Assembly (NCBI GenBank): GCA_903813345.2
Contig: CAIIXF020000001.1
Span: forward strand, 42,842,001 to 42,906,000
From: Owenia fusiformis
Taxonomy: Eukaryota
Direction of reading: 5' to 3'
DNA length: 64,000 nucleotides
The translations under genes and the position numbers were made by a program. Positions 27,001 to 39,000 of the stretch are shown piece after piece (position 1 is the stretch's first letter; the number at the start of each line of letters is the position of its first letter). The notes under the pieces are model-generated. The model was not told the DNA's origin, made no database searches, and saw nothing but the letters and a program-made list of their open reading frames with translations.

Positions 27001-30000
27001 ACCCCGGGGAATATTTATGTAACCTGAATACTGAGTTTGATTATGTTGTTTAGGGTGTTGCCCCAGCAACAGTTGAAGCTAGTCTACACTCAGATCATGT
27101 ACATTTCTCAATTATTCTCTATGATTTGAGTGTCAAATGTTCCAGGATGTCAACATCATTATTACTTTCTATCTCTTATCCATTCAACTCTTTTGGCATA
27201 ATTATTTCTTTTCATAATTTTGTTTTTTATTTTTGTATGGGGAAGCACCTGTTTTTGTTGTTAATGTTGATGATGGTGCATGTTGATTCTCATCACATAT
27301 GCCGTTTAAGAAATTCTTTGGTAGAAGAAAATGCTACGAAATGGTTTACTGCGGGGTTTCACTTCTGATTACAGGTAAAACAAATGAAAATAACTGGTAA
27401 AAGTATCTGAATTATACTTATTTAAATATATCATAATTGTACAAATTAAAATAAATGGCAATTTTGTTAAAAACAACTGAATGGAATCCTGCTAAAGAAA
27501 TCCTTGTATTTAAAAGGCAGCTATATTGATGTTGATCATCTGAATTGTTTTTTCAATTAAAAGCTTGAACAATCCTTGAAACACTTTTGAGGTTCTCAAT
27601 TTCCATGTTTTAACTTTTCTGGTATATGTATATAACATAACCATGGGTATCAAGATCAGTCTATTTACACCCGGTCCCAGCATGTAGGCATATCACATTG
27701 AACTTAACCTCTAAAAAACTTCTATCTGCAGCTCATCAGTAAGCAATTTCTTCAATCTGTAATAATTTCAGAGTGATGGAAAACCAATTGCTCAAATTGA
27801 GTACAAATTTGGTATATCATTTGAACTGAATGTGTGAGGTGATTCCCTATATCAAAAAGTAAATTGTATTTATTCCGGGATTTTGATGGTAGACTTTGCA
27901 ATACATGTACTAGAATTTGGTCCTTTTTGTCACTACTCTATTGTTATATGTGTGTATCTTTTTTGACTCATTTATGTAATCTGTTTCTTTTCATGTAAGT
28001 TAAAAATGTTCTTGTCTGGTATATCATTGAACTTGAACCTAACTAGTCTTACCAGTTCAGAGGCATGTAGTTTGATATTTGATTAGTGAGCTATGGTACT
28101 AATGACTCTCAGAACACCTCTGGAATGTTCCACATTGATCTTGGCCTCTTTACCTCAATTGCAGGGGCAGCTTTCACATAAGGCCTGGAATTTTCTCACA
28201 TGCTCGGTTTTGCCAAAAATGCAGTTACATAGGAAAATTTTATCACTCAAGGATAGGATACTTTTTTCCATTCTTTCTCTTCCATTTCTTGTAACCGAAG
28301 TCCTGCTTACTAGTTGTGGTCAAATCTGGGAGCTCAACAGTGCTTTTGCTGTCTGGAATTTTATTTGCCCTCAAATCAAAATTCCAGATTAGATATGAAG
28401 ATGGTATACATTTCAAGTGAATGGATCTATGAGTCTGTACGTTTGACTATCATTCTCAAATATAAAATTCTGATTTTGCACTGTGTTCACTTTGGTGGTC
28501 ATAAACTTCTTTTACCATCCATCTTTCATCTGCACCTCATTAGATTTGACATAACTGTTGTATTTTAAAAGGTCTATTTAGTCATAAAGTCATACTGGTT
28601 TGGTTGAGTGCTATCAGGCTGTTGTCTTTCATCAAGTGAAACCATTAACAAGAATATTAAGTATTCACCAAGGACCAAACTCTGGCACTTAGATTCTTGA
28701 CATAGTCCCATGATGTATTTTAGGACAGACATTCTGAAGACTGGTTCTCTAGAAAGTTTCAATCCAAAGGAAAACATTGCCCAGAAACTCCAGCCATGGA
28801 GTGGCCCTGGATGTTAATTAGGTCACAAATATACATGTACTTTGCATGATTTTTGTATGTTGGCTCAATGGGCTACAACATTGGGAATTAGATTCATCCA
28901 AGTTTTGATGTGCCATTTACTTTGACCAAGTACATGCTAATGATGCTTTACAATTCCCCAGGTTGATTACTAGCTATGATATATAGCTATACATAGATAT
29001 ACATTACTTTAACCATATTAATACTTTATATACCATGGAACTATATATTTTACTTTTTATGTGAAATTTTAACTTGAGCAGCATCAGGGGATTTCCCTAT
29101 GTTGCCCTTTGAGGATTTCTTTATCAAGATCTCCAAAATTAGAAAAAACTTGGTGTCATTCTATCTTTCAATGTGGTTTGCTTTAAAGTGGTGTACATTT
29201 TCCTCTCTATCTCCCTTGATAGTTTTACACAGTGATATAGTACTGTATCATTTTATAGTCCTGTATCATGATATGTTTGCTCCTGTAGTCTACAGTATAA
29301 TTGTCAGACTCCCATCTGAATTCTGACCTAAAGTTCATTTCAACATTTTAGTATGAAGTTTCCATCCTGAATTAAATCCTGAAGGCAAAACCAAAGATTT
29401 GATAAATTTGATGCAGATTTAAACAGAACAAAAATGCAACACATTGTTTTCACAGGATCTCTTACTGAAGAGATCAAACGTTAACATTTACTTGCTTTGT
29501 CATCTAAGTTCTCGGCCATTGTTATTAAGTAGTAGTAGTTTGCATACAGAGTTAGTCGACTATTTTTTTTATAATATGTTATAGTATTTACTGTTCATAT
29601 GGATTAATCTGGTAGACAAATTGGACAGGCTCAAAAAAGCTATATTTTTGCACTGGTTGTCCCTTTGAATTTCCTTACATTTTCTAGTTTTATATTTCTT
29701 GCTATTGATTGAATAAAGTATTTTGTAGCTTTGACCCTAAATTGATAAGGGTGAAAGTGTTAATTAGTTGTCAGCCAGCAGAACTAACAGACTCAGTGCC
29801 TTGTGCCATGACTAATGAAGTCTAGGGGCCTTATTTCAACATCTGAGCGAGCCTGACATTTATTTTGATGGTATCCATGGCAACATTCTAAGTGGCCCTG
29901 TTGGTCTTGGTGGGTCTCCATGGTTACCTTGTCATAAATCATTATGTGAGATTTTCCAGGAAGGATTCAAAGTAGAATTAACCTATATACATTATTAACT

Positions 30001-33000
30001 GGTACAATCTTTGTGTTTCTTTCTATATTTTTTGACTATGTAACAGTTCTTATAGAAGAATGTTGCAAGATACACATCCATTACATTAGATTTTACAAAA
30101 TTGACAAAATTGATGATTTTTTTGGTACTTTGACAGGTTGGCACATTTAATTGCTATAGATTAGAGTATGGTTGTTAAAGGATCCAAAGGAGTACTTTTT
30201 AATGAAATCCTCTCTATTTGAGTGACATGTGAAGCTGATATGAAGAATCACACAAACATTGGTCCAACCACAAACTTTGTTATTGATTATAAGTTACCCT
30301 GTTGAGAAGTGTTTTGCAGCTGGCTGTCTTACCCCATTCTGATGCTCATCACATCTTTCTGTCTTCAATCATACTAGTGTGAAGCTAATAGAAGGCCATG
30401 ATTTCTCATCATGGTCTTACCCTTATAGGCTCCCAATTTCTTGAAACCTTATGATTGTGTATTATCAATTATATGAAATTTAACCATTCTCTTGAAAGTA
30501 ATGAATTACTTTTTGCATATTTGAGTCTCTCAGTATGAAAGTTCTACTTAGTAGATTGATTCTTTTTATTTGGAGGTCTTTCTAAAAACAACAAATCCAA
30601 GTTTTCATGACTGGTCCTTGGTTATAGACAAAACATGCAATGTTTTCTGAAAAATATTTATGATGAAATAAAACAGCTTTTTGCAATAAACCAATCTTCT
30701 CAATTCTTCAGCAGGATAATCAATTAGCATGGGGCTTGTATTTATCTAAGTAGCATGTTGAAATCTGTAATTGATATTTATCAGCCAAGGTTTTCATTTA
30801 TGTCAGATATCACATTTTGAGGATAAATCAGCTTTTACAGAATTGCTGGATGAACTTGTGTGTTTTACATTTTGTAAACGTTTAAGTTAAATACAAAACA
30901 TTTTGTTATTTTTTCTGAAATATTAAATTATAGATTTTTTTGGTATATTGCAGGTGGTGCGCAAGGAGAACCAGGGGAGCGTGGTGCACAAGGCGAACCA
31001 GGGGAGCGTGGTGCACAAGGAGAACCAGGGGGCCGTGGTGCACAAGGAGAACCAGGGGAGCGTGGTGCACAAGGAGAACCAGGGGAGCGTGGTGCGCAAG
31101 GAGAACCAGGGGAGCGTGGTGCGCAAGGAGAACCAGGGGAGCGTGGTGCACAAGGAGAACCAGGGGAGCGTGGTGCGCAAGGAGAACCAGGGGAGCGTGG
31201 TGCACAAGGAGAACAAGGGGGCCGTGGTGCGCAAGGAGAACCAGGGGAGCGTGGTGCACAAGGAGAACCAGGGGAGCGTGGTGCACAAGGAGAACCAGGG
31301 GGCCGTGGTGCACAAGGAAATCCAGGCCTTCCTCCCCTTGGTACAGCCCCACCCCCAGACTCCCCTCAAAGTAATGGACGTGGTCAAGGACAAGGTCAAA
31401 CAACTCGAACTGCTTATGCCTGTGAAGGAGCTATGTTAGATGTTTCATGTATAGAGGGCTGGGTCATAAAGATCATTCGTGCCAATTATGGAAGGCTAAC
31501 ATCAAATATATGCAATCCTCGGAAGGTTACAGAAAATCTGAAAACTGATTGCATGTCAATCCAGTCCCTTCGGGTTGTCATGGATAGGTAAGAAATGTCC
31601 AGTTTTTTAAAATTTCGCATGTTTCTTTTCAATATTCTTGAAATCTGAAGATAAGTATCTAGTCTCTTTTGTGTTCTTGCATAACAAAAATGATCTTTAA
31701 AGTTCACCATTTAGAAATAAAGTGAATTTTGTGGTGATGGTGGCTGGCTGGAAGGGAAGCCTTTAAAATATATTTTTATCCAACTTTATGCGCTGAAGAT
31801 TCTTCGTTTGTAGTGCTTATTTAAATCATGATTAATATCGGATGCTGAAACAAGTAATATTCAATGAAAAACTTTCATTTTGTATGTTACATCAAATTTT
31901 GAAGGCTTTCTTAAGGGGACATATCAATATAACAAATCCAATAAAAACTTAATAAAATAATTCCATTTTGTTTTGACCTACCCCTTCTTTCCTTACCTTA
32001 CCAGTGGATGGATTTGGTTCAAATTTTAAATGCTCATGCCTAGAGATAAGGGAGCTTTGCTCAAGAGGAAATTTTCAAGATGGCTGCTATTTATCAAAAC
32101 ATGTTTTGTTTGGTGGGATTTGCTACTCCGTGGAGTTGCTGTTTTCTAGTTTTATTCTAATAGATAATAATTGTTGAGATTGATTTACTCCATGTGAATG
32201 ATAGGAACTCATCCCCACTTCCACATATATTACGACATATTGATACTTCCCCTAATGATGCATGCTACTGTTCTTTGTAGGTGTCATATTTTTTCTAAAA
32301 CAGTCTTATATTAAGCTTGTCTTTGTATATTCTGTTTGATCCTAACTTTTATAGCTATTACATATAACCATGTAACAATAATTAAAATATTTCTGTTCAA
32401 TTTTAGTTTCAGTTCTTTATATTTTGATGCTATATATTCCACAGTGCATTGTAAAGTATTAATATTTTACAGTGCACAAATTGTACACTCAATGCATCAT
32501 TTTATACACTTTTGGCTTTCACGGCTCAATATGCCTATCATATGCTAAATAAATAAGTTTTGTAATATTTTCTTAACCTTAATTTCTTGAAATTTCTGTT
32601 GTAAATAATTAATTAAGTACACAAAATATTCACCTCTGAAATATTGAATAAGAGCCCCACCTATGTTTTGCTTACGTCTCTAGATGTGACGGGCTAATAC
32701 GCTGCGGTATTCCAGCTAGTAATGCAATATTTGGTGATCCATGTAATACAACTCGAAAATACCTTGAAGTTGAACATTATTGTCAGCCAGGTAAGGGGTG
32801 AATGCTAGCTTGGCCCTGATTGGGCGCATGAGCACTGGACTTGGGAATGCAACCTAACAACTGATGGTCAATATTCAATGTGGTTTGTGTATTTGAATAT
32901 ACATGTATATGTGCAGCATGCTTAGATAACATCTTGGTTTGGTGATAATTTATGAGAAAAAAATAAAACATGGCAAAATTATTGCCAATAACTTGCATGG

Positions 33001-36000
33001 CAAATTATTGCCAGTAACTTGCATGGCAAATTATTTGCCAATAACATGCATGGCAGCAATGTTGATGTTGCCGATAACTTCATGTCATTATCTAATATGT
33101 AACCAACAGCATTGTAACTTCTAATATGAACAAAAGGCACAATCAGGAAAAATTCAAGTTGGTGTCTATAACCATACAATTCCAAGGCCACATTATGACA
33201 TTCTCATTTCAAATGAAATTATCACATAAATGAGATATTCTTGAAATGAAAATGTACATACATGTGATCTTTTCCAAGTGCGACTGGGCATCTTCTGAAA
33301 TGCAGAGTTCTAAATATGATCCCCTCAGTTCCATAATCTCTTGATATTTCCCTTCAGTTCTTTCAACAATGTTTGCAAAATACTCTGGAGCCTACACAAA
33401 CTAGTTCCTTTCTATGACAGACTTGCCAACACCATGGAATGGTTATGGGGCAGTTTTGATAATATCCAAAATTATTTTGGTTTTAAGTTTTGGGAATAGA
33501 CTAGATGCGAGTAGAAAAAATCTTGATTTACGCCATTAAATATTCAAAATTCAGTCAAAGCGATGTTATATTTGAAATCTACATGTAAAAGTACATCTAG
33601 AAATATGTTTTCGAAAATTGTTTATCAAGTTTGAAAATTTAATTATTTTTGAAAGTGTGACTTCTAGTTCGGGTTGATTCTCCATAGAGCCCATGTTACG
33701 TAATCACAAAAAGTGGAATATCTTTTCTTGTATTGGTCAGATAACATTTTCATTTACTGGACATATTTTGATTTGCATAACTATTAGATACATAAGGGTT
33801 ATATGAAAATTGAACCACTAAAACAGATGTAATTTAAGTTAAAGGGAACTTTCTACTATACCCGCCATGCTATCTGACCCGAACGAGCCACCTGGTGGTG
33901 GAACTGGTAACTATCTACTCGCATCTGCGTTATTATATCGAGCAAATAGGTTTCAGAGATTCAAATTCTTAACGTTACATATTTTCTGAGCGTTACACCA
34001 GTTTAATTTCCCAATTTACATAAATTAACTTCCTAGAAATAGAATTGGCAAGAGCCTTGTATTCAGAAGATGAACAATTTAAGTGCCACCTATAGTCATG
34101 TTTTCTCACCGGGCACTCTAACACTGCATGGTGTGACCATTGTTTGACTGTCTCGTTTATGCCACTCTTTTATGCATGCCAGGTGTAACAACAAGAGACG
34201 TTGCAAAATTCGGGCCAGCAATGATGAGTTTGGAGACAAATGCCCTAATACCCCTAAGTATCTTGAAATACAGTACAAGTGTCGCAAAGGTAGGGTATAA
34301 AACACAAATTTCCCATGTACAGGGAATGACTAGGATCACAAATGTTCCTGGTAATATGAATATTGTCAAAAACAAGAATTTGGAACCTATTATCAAAATC
34401 AAATCTTCCCATTATCATCCACATTAATTCTATTTCTATTGAATCTAATTAGTGTTCATTAAACAATTTTCCTGTTCTATTTTTAACTTACTTAAATTCT
34501 AGAGCTTATTTGAGGTCAGAGAGTGATTGGCCTTTGATGCCAATTCTCGTACTTCAATCTTGTCTCTTATGTACATCTACTCTCCTAGTCATTCCTGGTA
34601 TGTGAAGTCATTAAACACCTGACTAGGCATGATGTTTTGCAATTAACCATTTGTGGTAGACTACTTATAAATAATAGATGTGTAGTGTACATGTACATGT
34701 GTAATTTACTGGGCCTGTTATTTTGAATTTTATATCCAGATCACTTATTCATGAAGCCCAACTGGTGCAATGTGATACTTAAAAAGCTAACTTTGTTTTA
34801 TGAATTTATACTTTTGGGAAATGGCACTCAGAGAATACATTGCAGCATCAAAATTAGGAAACTTATTATGTCATGTATGTAGTTGGGGGACTTTTTCAAT
34901 TTCATATGAAATTATTCTCATCATTTGATGTTAGACAACTAAAATGAAAGTAATGCTGGTATTCAGAAGATAGATATTTCAATCTTCTCTCTGACACTTT
35001 TCCCTTAAGGTTTCAAAACACTTGTTAAACTTTGCCGGTGGCCATTATTATGTGTCTAATAAAATCTACCAAAAATTGGAAAAGTTTCAACTTGGGTGGT
35101 GTATTAATGAATAGTTCGGTCATCTCAAGCTAAATTGTCACATTTGATGTCTTCATGAAGTGGTATTTCATTTTATCTACAATGATCATGGCATGATAGA
35201 GGAAATGCCACATTATCAAAAAACCCTGTCTGTCTCAATGAATCCACTTGGATTTCGTTTCAATAACTCCAAAATAAGTCAATTAGAGATGTTTTTGAGA
35301 AGCTCTATACATTGAAGTGGTCCCCTAGGGCAAGTTGGTTAATAATTGTATTTGGCTTTGTACTTTATGATATAAAAGCTAGATGACTCATTCTATTCAT
35401 TTATACACATTCACAGTCATCCTATTGAAGTATTTTTCATCTGTTGTATATAGTTAACCTGTAGCATGCACGAACTTAACAAACTTAGTCAGTATAATAG
35501 CTCATCTTAGATTCTAATCATGATCGTGCTGATGTTTATTCCTATGTTAAAATGTGACATTTTTACTTCCTCACATTTGAAGTCTCATTTCTTCTCATGA
35601 AAGTAGAATTAGTTTAATTAACTAGAGATTGTGAGAATTTGATTTGAAATTAAGTTGTAATGTATGTCGGTTTCTATACTGTACCATGTCTGAGTAAAGA
35701 AATGTATGTTTTGTGCCAATGTTCAGGTTTGTTGTAATAAAGAGCTAATTTGATGTTTTATAGGTTGATAGTTAGCATCTGGAAACCATAGAGATATTTT
35801 TGTCAATTTTATGTTCAAATAAATTATAATAAATATTTAATTTTAGCTATGATCATTTCATTGGTATTTTCATGGCCAGTGGGAGGATGTATGATTTTGC
35901 TTGAACACAAACTTGATGCAGTACAACCTCCAGATCATGTGATCCACATCCATTTTTTGTTTATAGGTCATTGTGGCCCTACATGTTTGGGAAAGATGTT

Positions 36001-39000
36001 CATAACTCATGTCTTAACTTCATAAACATGAAGACAAATGAAACCAGAGTGACAGTTTATATTGTTCCTTGCAACACATCTGTCTGCAATAACATCATAA
36101 TCTCTTTTGAGATATTAATTTCAGATAGCAATTTGTTAGTATTCTTATTTGTTGGAAATCTTGTATTTTTGGTTACCAGTTTTCCATACACACAGATGAA
36201 GATGAATTATATCTCAGGCAGCAGTTATTCCTCTCTTACATTAGGTATATCATTAGTATGCAATAGTGAACAACTCCTGATCTGCAAGGGAAAGGTCTGC
36301 ACTCTCCACCATGAAGGTCATGTAATCAGTTTCTTGTTATTTACAGATTCAGATTCTTGTTACAGATTAACAGTTATTTGGATTCTGTTATTTTCAGTAC
36401 AAAAACCGACCACTTCAACATCTACTTCAACAACTACCCAGGCAACGACCCCTTTAGCCACTACTAAAGTGGTTACCATAGATACTGTCTCAGAGTGTAA
36501 GTGGACTGATGAGTGTTGCTATAGTAACCATGAATGTTGTAATTATTAATTGCACCATCGTGTTATGATTACCTACACCCCCCCCCCAAACACAACCCTA
36601 TACTAAACCATTCTATATATATTGTATATGTTTGCTTAACACACCTGTATTTTAAGCTTTATTTTTAAGATATTGTAATTGATTGTAAATTAGTTATCTT
36701 TGTTAATACATCATAAGCTGCCATTGCCATGATTTCTTGCTGTTTCTGCTTCAGAGTTCAGTTCAGAAATTCAACAATTGAATTCAGTTAAAATTGGAAT
36801 ATGCTTGATATTCATGTTGTATTCATCATATATTTTATGGTGTTGAGTTGAAATTAAAATAATTTTGTGTTGTGTTCAATGTTGTATGTTTCATTTTTTC
36901 TTAATTTGGAGTATATTTTAGAGGTTCAGTGTTCCACAGTTTTAACTGCCTACCACTTCTAAGGTAGAAGGACTAAGCTTACCTTAATTGGATCATTCTG
37001 TGAAGTACATGTATTTACAAACATTTCATCGATGATGAATGTGTACAATAAGGGGAAGGATTTTATTTTCGACAATAGAGCATTTTTTCTGAAATGTGAT
37101 TCAAATCTGTCTAACAACCTTTGTTCACTTGATCAATCTGTAACCAAAGGTTATGTATGAATGGTCCAATTAGGGTAAATTTGTAGATGGTTCCATCCCT
37201 CAAGCTGAATTAGCAGAGATTTACATCCCGTAACCATACTCCTTTAGCAACCATTTTCCAACTCTGGATTAAAAACGATATTCTGTTGTTTTCAGCACAA
37301 GTTACAAACACTTCAATCACGGCTTCAACAAGTACCCCAGTAACTATTCCCTTGACCACTGTTGAAGTTGGTACCATAGATACCACTTTAACAAGTTCCC
37401 TAGCAACTACTCCTTCACCTACTGTTGAAGTAGTTACCGTAGATACAACCCCCTCAAGAACTACCCTAGCAACTACCCCTTTGGCCACTACTTTTGAAGT
37501 GGTTACCATAGATACCATCTCTGAGTGTAAGTGGACAAATGAGTGTTGCTATAGTAACCTTTGGTGGATGGTGCAATTTTACCCATGCCATCATATAACA
37601 ATACCAAACCCAAACTGACCCTTCAAATCAGTCAGTGACAATCAGCTCAAGCTACCAAAAATGACTCTCAGTACCAACATTTAACAATATTACTGTCACT
37701 ACACTATCTGATATTTTTATTGTGTTCTATTTTTGGTGTAAAATGATTCTCATGTACTATTGTCACAGACTGATCATTAACATCTGTACATTATGGATGT
37801 TAATATAATATCTGTGTTGTCCGCTTTAAATGTTGCTCATAATTATCTTAATTTTTAGTTGCTCTGGCCATGAATGCTTTTTCAGCTTTGCAGTTCAGTT
37901 CTGAAATGCATCACTGATGCCATAACAATATACATTGTACTCAATCCTGAAAAACAGTTGAGGTTAATAGAATTGAGTATGTTTGAGGGTTCAAGGTATA
38001 TCTTCAAGATAATAGAGTTGATACTAAAATGTGTTGTTTTGTTTGTTCGGTGTTCATTTTTATTTTCTTCTTTATTTGGAGCAGATATTTTAGATATTAA
38101 AAGACCCATTATTGGAACAGAAGATGTTACGATATCCGCTTCACAATCTCCTTATATAGTCAACCCATTGAAACATTGTAAGTTAAGCAACCCCACCCTA
38201 ACTAAGCACCCCTTCACCAGTTTACACCCCAATTTCTTCGTCTTGTTTCAAGTCCAAGTGTTTCCCTCTTGTATTCTCATCATTCAGAGAGTACAGGGGG
38301 AGGGGGGAAGGCCACAGAGATTTGATACAATACGTCCTTATATAACCCCACCTCCTTATTAGATAGTGTAAGATGTACTAGATAGTTCCTCCCCTCGTCT
38401 CTTTCATCCTCAAATTACTCTTTGTGGAGTGAACTAGCTGAATAAGCCAAGTTGTTCTCCCAGTGAACAAATAACATACATATTCTGTCTCACATAACAC
38501 AATTTTATCAAACATTGACTCAGCATTTTTATTTTGAGGTTATAATGGACTCCAACTGGTCAGACAGGTTTGTGAGATATCACAATGAACTACTGCGCTC
38601 TTGCATCTATACTCTTCATTTCTGTTTTATTGTTAATATCTTATAAAGTTTCCTTTTGATTTCTGTTCTCTCTCTGTTTTTGTTATTAATATGGGTGCAT
38701 ATCAAGGCTTTGTTTTGTCTTATATTCCCTAAGAAAATATATTTCAAAATTGGTCTAAAAATGCATGATTTACAATTGAATAATCCATCATTTTCATGAG
38801 GCTAAACAATATGTTTCTCTTCACTTTCAAGTGTTGACTTGAAGGCTGATACCTAATATTATTACTGCTTGTGTTTTAAAACAATTGGCACTGTAGTTAG
38901 TTGTGCGTGCCCAGGGGTAGATGGACCAACTAACTGCCAACATATCAAATGTTTTGTCTTTTTTCAGGCATTGATTTATCTGATGCTTCTATTGATTTAG

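Noticed and set aside
27238..27368. Signal-peptide-like [21 protein letters not shown]
   Set aside because: It stops at 27368, before the nearby donor, and no splice partner is evident.
30906..31439. Four listed ORFs over the 27-bp repeat ([35 protein letters not shown])
   Set aside because: These are shadow frames of a stop-free repeat. Only the unlisted Gly-X-Y frame matches the upstream splice phase and continues into the lectin domain.
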